A DNA stretch of 63,853 nucleotides, counting the filler, from Octopus bimaculoides (Eukaryota), in NCBI RefSeq assembly GCF_001194135.2. It is 4 parts of 3 records of this genome, joined end to end, with 100 filler letters (N's around TTAATTAATTAA, not from the genome) between each part and the next. Parts side by side here need not be neighbours in the genome. Positions count along the whole stretch, not along the records: positions 52,133 to 63,853 come from NC_068987.1; 3 more parts are not named here. One strand, 5' to 3'. The number at the start of each line of letters is the position of its first letter. Within the stretch, counting starts at the first letter, position 1. Of this stretch, positions 52,971-63,853 are shown one piece after another. The translations under genes were made by a program, and so were the position numbers. The notes below the pieces were generated by a model. The model made no database searches and was not told the origin of the DNA. It was given only the letters and a program-made list of their open reading frames with translations.

Positions 52971-53848
52971 CAGCACGAGATTGTGTTAGATTGTAAAAAT
53001 ATCGGCAATCTGTACTGAAGAAAAATAGACACTTTTATTTTGAAAGTGTTGATTTTGAAACTATAGTCTGCAGATAATCGAGTTATGTACAATTTTCACT
53101 GGTCTAGCCCGCCTGTTTTTGCTCCGTTGAATCCGTATTTGAGAATTTTTTAAGTGAGCTTCTAGTATTTTGACAGACCGGTCACTGGTCAATCTTATAT
53201 ATACAAGAACTATAATCTTTTTAGGATCTGGAAAAATGTTTTCAAGAACCTTCTGATTCTTTTAATGTGCTAGTTTCCTGGTATTAAATTGATATTAATT
53301 AATATCGAATTTTTACCATATTATGTTAATTAACCATAATCACATTTCTCAAAGTTGGTACATTCAAAGCAGAAATTATTTTCTGCAGAGATATTTTCCG
53401 GATTCAGCGCGCCAAAACTAAGACTTTGGAATTTTAATCTTTATAATGGATAGAATCACGTGCATGCTTTCACTAGTTGAAGACAGCTAGCACGAGATTC
53501 TGTTCGATTGTAAAAATATCGGCAATCTGTACTGAAGAAAAATAGACACTTTTATTTTGAAAGTATTGATTTTGAAACTATAGTCTGCAGATAATCGAGT
53601 TATGTACAATTTTCCCTGGTCTAGCCCGCCTGTTTTTGCTCCGCTGAATCCGTATTTGATAATTTTTTAAGTAAGCTTCATCTAGCATTTTGACAGACCG
53701 GTCACTGGTCAATCTTATATATACAAGTACTATAATCTTTTGAGGATCTCCAAAAATGTTTTCAAGAACCTTCTGATTCTTTTAAAGTGCTAGTTTCCTG
53801 GTATTAAATTGATATTAATTAATATCGAATTTTTACCATATTATGTTA
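52971..53848. repeat. Direct duplication of a ~358-bp unit (52971-53328 and 53489-53848)
   Basis: Both copies run AGCACGAGATT...ACAGACCGGTCACTGGTCAATCTTATATATACAAG...TTTACCATATTATGTTA with few substitutions. Confidence 0.9.
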
Positions 53849-53961
53849 TATATATATATATATATATATATACGCATACACATGTATACATATATGCATA
53901 CACATATATATATACATTTAAATATGTATACACGCATGTATACATACATACATGCATACAT

Positions 53962-54022
<61 letters not shown>

Positions 54023-54032
54023 NNNNNNNNNN

Positions 54033-56071
54033 GGTAAGGTTCAAGAATTTTATGGATAGAGTCTTACAGCTGTTTCTGGGAAGATCCAATATTTCTCTTC
54101 ATTGGAGACACAAACAATTAAGTAATCTATTATTATATCCATAGGCGGATATTTTTAGTATGAAGTGGTAAAGAGTGTGATGTGCTGAAAAAAGAGAGAA
54201 CAGTACTTGAAGTGTAATTTCATACCAGTGGTAAATATCCGTGTAGAAATTCGTGCAAAGTAATCCTTGTGTGAATAATCCGGAAATTTATGTTGGAACG
54301 AGAGTTGATATAGCATAGATACCAGAGGTATATATATTCCATATTGCGATAGATTTTTGCTTGTTTACTTGAATAATGTTCAAGTCAAGTGAAAAGTTAG
54401 CGGTAATTAGGTCAAGTCAAGAAGATACAATGTGGAAGGGGATAGAGGAGATATAGAGGCGGAGGAAGGTAGCGATATATTTATGGTCAGTTGGTTTTAA
54501 TAGGGTAGAGGGCAAGAGTGTATAGAGTGAAGGAGGAATAGGGGGAAGAGGTTAAAAGGTATAGTGAGTAGGAAGGAATGAGTGTGTGTAGTATATAGGT
54601 GGTGGGGGTATGAGTGATAAACCAAGGACAGAGATAAAGGAGAGGGATGGGTGGGAAAGGTAGTTAGTAGTATCATATTTTAGGATGCTGCCAAGCCTAC
54701 TTATAGACGGTGGAAAGGGATTGAAAGAAGTGACGTTGTCAGTTTGTGTAGGTAGTGTTCTTTTGAAATTGAGAATATGAGAAATAGATTTGGTGGTACA
54801 TGTGTGGTGAGATGATCGAAAGGAAGTAATCCTATTCAAAAAGATGGTGAAAGGTGGATGTTTTTGCCAGGTTCAATAGGTTGCCTGTGGGGAGTTGTGT
54901 TATTATGTTGCGTGATCATTTGTGCCATTTTACTTGTGATAGAACCTGAATGTGTGGAAAGAGCGGTGGTTGCAGTTGCTAAACGCTTCATTATATCGAT
55001 TAAGTAGAGTGGGAGAATTGTATTTTAAAATATGGAATGCCTCCGTTAAGCAAAGCTTCCAATTGGAGTGCTGGCCCTGGTATGGAGTTCCAGAGTCTAA
55101 GATGGACCATTTTAAGGTGTATTGGGTATTTTTGTTTTTGAGGTGATGAATATGATTGGCTAATGTTGTAGATTTACTGTTTCTCATATCTAAAAGAGTG
55201 CATGTGGGCTGCGTAGCGATGTTTAAAGTTTATAGTTGCACCAATGTAGTGGCAGTAGAGTTATGTAATAGATTTTTGACGGTGCATTTATATATTACAT
55301 TGTATCTTACGCAATTTGTTTGAAGAGGACAGATAGTCCCGGAGCGAGAGTTGCAAGTGTAGGAGGCTAGAGGGTTGCGTATGCTGGTGGGTGAGTTATT
55401 ATTATTGGAGGATATGTTATTAGGGGATGTGTAGAAATCTAGATGAGTGGAATTATTGTTATGGCTATTAGTCCTATCAGTGTTATTATTGGTATTGCTA
55501 TTATCTAGATTATTAATGGGTTGGGATCCATTGTGGTTTTGTTCCAGTGTACGAGCGTTAGTGTTAGAAGAACGTATATTGATGTCCGTGTTGGGTGTAT
55601 GTCTGGGTCGGGTGCTGGTGTTAGGGTAGCTAAGGTTGCTTAGGTTTTGGTAATAGAGCGAGAGTTGATGTTTGTTAGAAGCTGCTATAATAGATTCAAA
55701 GTTAGGAGTGGTAGAATACGATAATTTTAAAGTGGATCTGTTGAATATAGAGTGGTACTCGTGTTGTCGTGGTAAGTTAGAATCTAGTATATGAAAGAAG
55801 AATTTGGCTAGGTTCCTAGTGTTAAGAGAGAATGGGGTGTGTGCCACAGGATGGAGCGACCACCGCTTTTTTGGGGGGTTCTGCGCATGTTGTAATTAAG
55901 GTGTTTGAGTGGAGGGCAGTTGTCTATACTTTTGGTAGGGCTAGCTGATTTAAACATCTTAGATTTAGCCCCAGTGTTATAGGTGTGATTATGGGTTCTT
56001 TTTGGGTATGTGGGTGGTTGGTTGTGGTTTTGATTGATGTGATGTCTTTGGGGTGCGATTTGTGATATAAA
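54033..56071 (-). mobile_element. Penelope-like element A: RT-EN linker, GIY-YIG endonuclease and 3' pseudo-LTR
   Basis: ORFs 55230-55847 and 54930-55187: WHTPFSLNTRNLAKFF..SIFNRSTLKLSYSTTPNF, CNSRSGTICPLQTNC..YKCTV, TYIGAT, LANHIHHLK..YTLKWSIL..LCLTEAFHIL..LLNRYNE; frameshifted. Confidence 0.9.
54061..54109 (-). ncRNA. Degenerate hammerhead motif in the pseudo-LTR of element A
   Basis: GUCU-CCAAUGA-A-GAGAAA-UAUUGGAU-CUUCCC-A-GAAACAGCUGUA^AGAC; G5A core change and a disrupted stem II, so probably inactive. Confidence 0.5.
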
Positions 56072-56081
56072 NNNNNNNNNN

Positions 56082-57018
56082 TTCTATCACAAGCAAAATG
56101 GCACAAATGATCACGCAACATAATAACACAACCCCCCACAGGCAACCTATTGAACCTGGCAAAAACATCCATCTTTCACCATCTTTTTGAATAGGATTAA
56201 TTCCTTTCGATCATCTCACCACACATGTACCACCAAATCTATTTCTCATATTCTCAAGTTCGCAAGAACAATACCTACACAAACAGACTACGTCACATCT
56301 TTCAATCCCTTTCCACCGTCTATAAGTAGGCTTGGCAGCATCCTAAAATATGATACTACTAACTACCTTTTTCACCCATCCCTCTCCTTTATCTCTGTCC
56401 TTGGTTTATCACTCATACCCCCCACCACCTATATGCTACACACACGCATTCGTTCCTACTCACTAGACCTTTTAACCTCTTCCCCCTATTCCTCCTTCAC
56501 TCTATACGTTCTTGCCCTCTATCCTGTTAAGACCAACTGACCATAAATATATCGCTACCTTCCTCCGCCTCTATATCTCCTCTATCCCCTTCCACATTGT
56601 ATCTTCTTGACTTGACCTAATTACCGCTAACTTTTCTCTTGACTTGGACATTCTTCAAGTAAACAAGCAAAAATCTATCGCAATATGAAATATATAAACC
56701 TGTGGTATCTATGCTATATCAACTCTCGTTCCAACATAAATTTCCGGATTATTCACACAAGGATTACTTTGCACGAATTTTTACACGGATATTTACCACT
56801 GGAATGAAACTACACTTCAAGTACTGTTCTCTTTTTTTTCAGCACATCACACTCTTTACCACTTCATACTAAAAATATCCGCCTATGGATATAATAATAG
56901 ATTACTTTATTTTTTCTGTCTCCGATGAAGGGAAGTACCGGATCTTCCCAGAAACAGCTGTAAGACTCTATCCATAAAATACTTGAACCTTACATTTGCT
57001 CTCTTTATCTTTTTGTTT
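56082..57018 (+). mobile_element. Inverted pseudo-LTR copy B, closest to element A
   Basis: Reverse complement of 54033-54945; shares A-type variants such as CGATCATCTCACCACACATGTACCACC. Confidence 0.9.
56918..56966 (+). ncRNA. Minimal type I hammerhead motif with palindromic stem III (best copy of this family)
   Basis: GUCU-CCGAUGA-A-GGGAAG-UACCGGAU-CUUCCC-A-GAAAC-AGCU-GUA^AGAC: perfect stem I and 6-bp stem II, palindrome ACAGCUGU, GUA triplet; U4C core variant. Confidence 0.7.
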
Positions 57019-57816
57019 NNNNNNNNNNNNNNNNNNNNNNNNNNNNNNNNNNNNNNNNNNNNNNNNNNNNNNNNNNNNNNNNNNNNNNNNNNNNNNNNNN
57101 NNNNNNNNNNNNNNNNNNNNNNNNNNNNNNNNNNNNNNNNNNNNNNNNNNNNNNNNNNNNNNNNNNNNNNNNNNNNNNNNNNNNNNNNNNNNNNNNNNNN
57201 NNNNNNNNNNNNNNNNNNNNNNNNNNNNNNNNNNNNNNNNNNNNNNNNNNNNNNNNNNNNNNNNNNNNNNNNNNNNNNNNNNNNNNNNNNNNNNNNNNNN
57301 NNNNNNNNNNNNNNNNNNNNNNNNNNNNNNNNNNNNNNNNNNNNNNNNNNNNNNNNNNNNNNNNNNNNNNNNNNNNNNNNNNNNNNNNNNNNNNNNNNNN
57401 NNNNNNNNNNNNNNNNNNNNNNNNNNNNNNNNNNNNNNNNNNNNNNNNNNNNNNNNNNNNNNNNNNNNNNNNNNNNNNNNNNNNNNNNNNNNNNNNNNNN
57501 NNNNNNNNNNNNNNNNNNNNNNNNNNNNNNNNNNNNNNNNNNNNNNNNNNNNNNNNNNNNNNNNNNNNNNNNNNNNNNNNNNNNNNNNNNNNNNNNNNNN
57601 NNNNNNNNNNNNNNNNNNNNNNNNNNNNNNNNNNNNNNNNNNNNNNNNNNNNNNNNNNNNNNNNNNNNNNNNNNNNNNNNNNNNNNNNNNNNNNNNNNNN
57701 NNNNNNNNNNNNNNNNNNNNNNNNNNNNNNNNNNNNNNNNNNNNNNNNNNNNNNNNNNNNNNNNNNNNNNNNNNNNNNNNNNNNNNNNNNNNNNNNNNNN
57801 NNNNNNNNNNNNNNNN

Positions 57817-58215
57817 GTGGGTGGTGTTGTAGTAAATTAGAGAGTAGAAGAAATAGATTTGGGGGTATATATATGTGGTGATATGATCGAAAGAAAATAA
57901 TCCTATTCAAAAGATAGTAAAAGATGGATGTTTTTGCCAGGTTGAATAGGTAGCCTGTTGGGGGTCGTGTAATTATGTTGCGTGATCGTTTGTGCAATTT
58001 TGCTTGTGATAGAACGTAAATGTGTGGAAAGAGCGGTGATTGTAGTTGCTAAACGCTTCATTATATCGATTAAGTAGAGTGGGAGAATTGTATTTTAAAA
58101 TATGCAAAGCCTCCGTTAAGCAAAGCTTGCAGTTGGAGCGCTGGCCCTGGTATGGAGTTCCAGAGTCTAAGATGGACCATTTAAAGGTGTATTGGGTATT
58201 TTTGCTTTTGAGGTT
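57817..58215 (-). mobile_element. Inverted 5' segment C (EN C-terminus and start of the pseudo-LTR), closest to element D
   Basis: Reverse complement of ~59586-59985; continues into the 57019-57816 gap. Confidence 0.9.
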
Positions 58216-60705
58216 CCGATTCAGCACAGGCCACGGATTTAGTTGGATTATACATACTCCACCAATTAAAATCACACTTCCCTAACATCCATGGTGGTCT
58301 ATATAGGGACGACGCTTTACTTATTAACAAGACTACTAACACATCTTCCATAGAGAGGACAAAAAAGGATCTACACAAATTTTTCTCAGGTATGAATCTA
58401 TCAATAACATTTGAAAACGCATACAAAACAGCTAACTACTTAGACGTTACTCTGAACCTATCTAACTCGCAGCACTCCGTCTATCATAAACCCAACCAGT
58501 ACCTAAAATACCTCAATATTCAATCTAATCATCACAGATCTACTTTCGATAACATAATCATAGGTATCTCTACCCGCATATCTGATCTATCCTCTTCCGA
58601 AGAAATCTTTAACAATCACGCTCCATACAACAATCAAGCACTAGCGGCTAGTGGTTTCTCCCAACAAATAAAATACATCCATAACACCAGACTTAAACAA
58701 TTTATATCACGAATCGCACCCCAAAGACATAACATCAATCAAAACCACAACCAACCACCCACATATTCAAACAGACCCCACAATCACACCTATAACACTA
58801 GGGCTAAANNNNNNNNNNNNNNNNNNNNNNNNNNNNNNNNNNNNNNNNNNNNNNNNNNNNNNNNNNNNNNNNNNNNNNNNNNNNNNNNNNNNNNNNNNNN
58901 NNNNNNNNNNNNNNNNNNNNNNNNNNNNNNNNNNNTTAAAATACTAGATTCTAACTTCCCACGACAACACAAGTACCACTCTATATTCAACAGATCCACT
59001 TTAAAATTATCGTATTCTACCACTCCTAACTTTGAATCTATTATATCAGCTTCTAACAAACATAAACTCTCGCTCTATTACCAAAACCTAAGCAACCATA
59101 ACTACGCTAGCGCCAGCACCCGACCCACACATACACCCAACACGGACATTAATATACGTTCTTCTAACACTAACGCTCGTACACTAGAACAAAACCACAA
59201 TGGATCCCAACCCATTAATAATCTAGATAATAGCAATACCAATAATAACACTGATAGGACAAATAGCCATAACAATAATTCCATTGATCTAGATTCCTAC
59301 ACATCTCCCAATAACATATCCTCCAACAATAATAACTCACCCACCAGCATACGCAACCCTCTAGCCTCCTACACTTGTAACTGTCGCTCCGGGACTATCT
59401 GACCGCTTCAAACACGTTGCGTAAGATACAATGTAATATATAAATGCACTGTGAGAAATCTATTACATAACTCTACTGCTACATACATTGGTGCAACTAA
59501 ACATTTTAAACATCGCTACGCAGCACATATGCACTCTTTTAGATACAACAAACACAGAAAATCTACATTAGCCAATCATATTCATCACCTCAAAAGCCAA
59601 AAATACCCAATACACCTTAAAATGGTCCATCTTAGATTCTGGAACTCCATACCAGGGCCAGCGCTCCAACTACAAACTTTGCCTAACGGAGGCGTTCCAT
59701 ATTTTAAAATACAATTCTCCCACTCTACTTAATCGCTATAACGAAGCGTTTAGCAACTACAATCACCGCTCTTTCCACACATTTACGTTCTATCACAAGC
59801 AAAATTGCACAAACGATCACGCAACATAATTACACGACCCCCAACAGGCTACCTATTCAACCTGCCAAAAACATCCATCTTTTACTGTCTTTTGAATAAG
59901 ATTATTTTCTTTCGATCATATCACCAGATATATATACCCCCAAATCTATTTCTTCTACTCTCTAATTTACTAGAACACCACCCACGCATACAGACTACGT
60001 CGTTTCTCTCAATCCCTTTCCACCATCTATAAATAGGTTTGGCTGCATTCTTGAATATGATACTACTAACTACCTTCCCACCCATCTCTCCCTTTATCTC
60101 TATCCTTGGTTTATCACTCATACCCCCACCACATATATACTACATACGCACATTCCTTCCTACCCACTAGACCTTTTAACCTTATCTTCCCCATCCCTCC
60201 TTCTCTCTATATGCTCATCCCCTCTATCCTGTAAGATCAACTGACCATTAAAGTGTACCGCTACCACCCTTCACCTCTATCTCTCCTCCATCCCCTTTCA
60301 CATTCTGTCTTCATGACTTGACCTAATTACCGCTCATCCTTCACTTGACTTGGCCATTCTTCAAGTAAACAAGCTAAAATCCATCTGCTATCTATGCTAT
60401 ATCAGCCTTCGTTCCAACATCTATTTCCGCATTATCCCCAAATGGATTACTTTACACGGATTTCTACACGGATTTTTACTACTGGAATGAAACTACACTT
60501 CAAGTACTGTTCTCTCTTTTTTCAGCGCATCACACTCTTTACCACTTCATACTAAAAATATCCGCCTATAGATATAATAATAGATTACTTTATTTTTTCT
60601 GTTTCCGATGAAGGGAAGTACTGGATGTTCCCAGAAACAGCTGTAAGTCTCTATCCATAAAATACTTCTCCAACCTTACCATTGCTCTCTTTATCCTTTT
60701 ATTTT
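58212..60705 (+). mobile_element. Penelope-like element D: 5'-truncated RT, GIY-YIG endonuclease and pseudo-LTR
   Basis: DSAQATDLVGLYIL..GGLYRDDALL..ANYLDVTLNL..YHKPN..YLNIQSNH..RISDLSSSEEIF..ALAASGF, then the EN motifs seen in A; stop at 59400 and frameshifts near 59540-59600. Confidence 0.92.
60601..60649 (+). ncRNA. Hammerhead motif in the pseudo-LTR of element D
   Basis: GUUU-CCGAUGA-A-GGGAAG-UACUGGAU-GUUCCC-A-GAAACAGCUGUA^AGUC; core as in B, stem I weakened. Confidence 0.6.
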
Positions 60706-60865
60706 TATATATTTACATATACATATATAAACACTGCTAGACTCTAGCGAAGGGAAGTAGCCGATTACTACATTATCGTATTATAATGCAGAGAATAATT
60801 ATGCACTAAAATAAGGTTTGGGAAATGTCATTCCGTTATGGATAGATCTAAGTTATAATTTCTAA

Positions 60866-61285
60866 TTGACAACTAAGGATGAAATTAAATACTTTCCCCG
60901 CAATGATGGAAATAGTATGAATACCTATGATACGGACACTGATAAAAATAATAATGAAATTAAAAATGAATTTATAAATTCTAGAAGTACACACAGATAT
61001 AAGAAGGATAAAATGAATAACATGAGAAATCCCAAACAGGTACCTGTCGTCAGCTCCACTAATAATGATAACAATAATATTGCTAATTATAATAATGTAG
61101 ATATAATAGTTACTGTGAAGAATGCAACCACCAATGATAGATATAACGTCAACATTGTTAATAATAAAAATTATTGCCCAAATAATAACAATAGACAAAA
61201 GAACAGTAATCCTAATCAGGCAAATCAAGGAAACGATACTGTCTGGCTAATATTACCATATGCTATGAAATCAAAAGCAACTTAG
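60866..61285 (+). pseudogene. Fragment of a different PLE: Asn-rich linker ending in VWLILPY
   Basis: 139-aa N-rich ORF ending DTVWLILPYAMKSK, resembling the PLE thumb-to-EN xLPY motif. Confidence 0.4.
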
Positions 61286-62169
61286 TAAAAGCAATCTTTA
61301 TTTTTATTTTCACTTTCCCCGACTCTGTTTTGGCTTTTCCTTGTCTTGGGACGATCGTGTTCCATTTGATGAAATGTAGAAATTAAACGATGTACTATTA
61401 GTTTTGTTTGAAACCTCTCATTATTGTGAAATTAATTAATGCTAGAAGTGGAATTATATCTTAATACAAGAATGTAAATACAGAAAATATAGAAATCAAC
61501 AAGATTGTTTCGATCATAACTCAGCATATTAACAAGAATGTATACAAGTATTTACCGTCCTTGAAATATAGAGAATCAACCGTTGCGGGAACAGAAATAA
61601 ATTTCTCACAATTCGAAACACTACTTACTATCACATAGCAGACCACTTGTCAACTTAAATATATAGCAGAACAAGAGGTTTCTTGGTATAATAATCACAC
61701 GTAATTGTAATGTAAATAGATTAAATCGCATTTTATATTATTTGAACAAATAATTGTAACTGAAATGTGTTAGCTAATCCTAAATCTATTTTCGATAGTG
61801 CTTCATACATGTAAATGATACACATTCACACAACCAGAAATGTCTGCTTTATATTTATTTTTTTAATTATTTACTTCTTTATGTCTTTGCTCTTTCCCCT
61901 TTCCTTGCGTCATTCCCTCCATTTCCTTTCCTTTTTCCGTGCCTCTCTCTATTTCTCTCTTCACCATGCACTCTTATGCGTACATACATGCATGCATGCA
62001 AACATACATACAAATGTACATAAGTACATAAACACACCCTTACTCATGTATACATACATAGGTTTGCGTGTGTTGCGTATGTGCATTTATATATTAATGT
62101 ATGTGTATGGATGTAAACTTGAATGTATGTAAACTTGAACGTGTCTGTGTGTTTATGTACAGAAGATTA

Positions 62170-63190
62170 TCCGTGTATAGAATTAATAATGAGAAAATGA
62201 AAGTTTGTAATGTCTATCGTTTTGCATGGTAGAGCACTACATTTAGATTTCGACGACTTGATGTCTGCAGATGTAAGAAATGCGAAGACAATTATCTGAT
62301 GAATTCTTCCAAATACAATCGACAGAAATTTATAATGGTCGAACAAATGTAATATAGCCATGGAAGTGAACAATTTGTCAAGATGGCGTCCATGTAAATT
62401 TTGGTTTTCTATTTCTGTCTGCCTAACGAAATATTTATTGCCAACGAATAACTGAGTTTGGAGATGGCTTCGTCAAATTAAAGACTAGCACCATAAAAAT
62501 AGAAACAACTATCGATCTTAATAAATTGATAATTCACAATTCTTTCTAATGGTAAAAAAAAGTAAGAATTATAATGAAAACAAATATTATGAAACTGTGT
62601 TACTGATTGCTACGAACCGACGTTACAAATAGCTGGCATCATTCATTCTTCGTCATCTGAGTTGTTATTTTTCTTTCTCTTAGTTTCCGTTTCTCTTTAG
62701 TTTGAGAATCCGTATTGACGTTACCCGCTGAAAATAGAGTACTTGTTGATGTTAAGTCGACAGATATTTATCAAATTCTTTTATCGTATTAATATATTGA
62801 TTTTACACTGTGCATATATTTTGAGGTACATGCATATTTACGGTTCACCATTCAAAGTGTAAGGTTTTCAACACTGCTTGTTGCCTCGATCTTACAGAGA
62901 ATTGTTTGAGTCGAGTATATTATACGATAGACTAGAATAGACCGATGCCTTATGGATGAAATTTTTTCAGCAAAAACTGTGAAAACGTTTTGAAGAAGTT
63001 GTTCCCCTTTTTTCTGAGGTAGATTTTATCCATTTCAGGATTTAATACTGCTACTACCACATTCTGGTCTTTGGACGACTTAAGCAGTGTCACTCTGTTG
63101 TGTGTATGCTGAATTGATTGTTGAAGAGTAATTACTCCGTTCCTGCCACGAACTACGGAAATTCTTAAAAGATTCACTTGCACCATCTCT
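62170..63190 (-). pseudogene. Heavily degraded PLE RT region
   Basis: VTLLKSSKDQNVVVAVLN resembles the PLE I.I.K.DKG..VV.LN motif; further faint RT-like fragments downstream. Confidence 0.3.
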
Positions 63191-63370
63191 GATTAAACTA
63201 TCACAAAAATGCCTGTATAACTTACAAACAGTAGAAAGTTCATGGTTCGGCTCCTGTCTGTGTCATAGAATTTTGTCTGTTGTACGTAGACCCTAAATAA
63301 TTTTCTAACGTTTGGTTTACGAATAAATGTCATCACATTGAGAAGGGAAGTTCTGTACTCTTCCTAAATG

Positions 63371-63690
63371 TTAGTTTCAAAATTTGGCACAAGGCCAAGA
63401 ATATCAGGAGCAGGGGAAAGTCGATTATATCGACCCTAGTGCTCGGCTGGTACTAACCTTATCAAACCCAAAAGTATGATCGCCAAAGTTAACTTTGGTG
63501 GCATTTGAACTCATAACACGAACGAAATACCGCCATAGTGGGTTGGACAACACATACCAATCAATGTGTAAGAGCGTACATGCATGTGTATTTATGTATT
63601 TATGTATGCATGTACGCTCTTACACATTGATTGGTATGTGTTGTCCAACCCACTATCCGGCAGCGTCCAATTCTCTAACGGTTTTTTACA
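63371..63690 (-). mobile_element. Old SINE family II copy interrupted by a fold-back at 63535-63656
   Basis: TTTGGCACAAGGCC..GTCGATTATATCGACCC..ATTTGAACTCA..CGAAATACCGC; resumes as CCGGC after the hairpin. Confidence 0.7.
63535..63656. repeat. Perfect 51-bp inverted repeat with a 20-nt loop
   Basis: 63535-63585 is the exact reverse complement of 63606-63656. Confidence 0.95.
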
Positions 63691-63770
63691 AATGAATCAA
63701 GTCATAACCTTATCCATCTATTGTCTTCATAATCGGTCATAATGTCTTACGTTTAAGATGATTCCCATGC

Positions 63771-63853
63771 TTTCTCTGATGAGAAGGTTACAATTTTAAT
63801 ATCAAAGATCCCTATGGATCACACAGGTTGTAATCCTTTGAAACATATGTAGG
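63771..63853 (+). ncRNA. Type I hammerhead motif with long branched stem II, cut by the window end
   Basis: UUUCU-CUGAUGA-GAAGGUUACAA...UUGUAAUCCUUU-GAAAC-AUAU-GUA^GG: canonical core, 11-bp stem II with one bulge, palindrome ACAUAUGU, GUA triplet. Confidence 0.65.

Noticed and set aside
59400-59402. In-frame TGA at a conserved Cys of the PLE endonuclease region (selenocysteine idea, as in Naiad PLEs)
   Set aside because: Sister copy A has TGT at this codon and D has other disabling frameshifts; a point mutation is the simpler explanation.

Overview
AT-rich, microsatellite-dense, gap-ridden eukaryotic scaffold. The SINE and MITE families look like those of an octopod cephalopod (Octopus; inference from recognised repeat families). 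No host gene can be named with confidence, and nearly all ORFs in the supplied track are microsatellite or N-gap artefacts. The window is mostly mobile-element debris: about 20 tRNA-derived SINE copies from several families, piggyBac-like and mariner MITEs, a dead Tc1 transposase, RTE, CR1-like and R4/Dong LINE fragments, and at least five Penelope-like retroelement (PLE) remnants. The main PLE locus is a head-to-head pair of 5'-truncated elements, each with an inverted pseudo-LTR (54033-60705). The most interesting signal is five minimal type I hammerhead-ribozyme motifs in three unrelated sequence families. One has a canonical core at 16953-16997 (-). A non-canonical CCGAUGA / palindromic ACAGCUGU family occurs in three PLE pseudo-LTRs. 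One has a long branched stem II at 63771-63853. Also notable: a perfect 51-bp fold-back inside a SINE, a tRNA-like Pol III head inside a PLE tail, a tandem amplification of an RT catalytic-site segment, a 13-bp target site hit twice by SINEs, and a few weak candidate host exons (17780-17839; 48854-49335).
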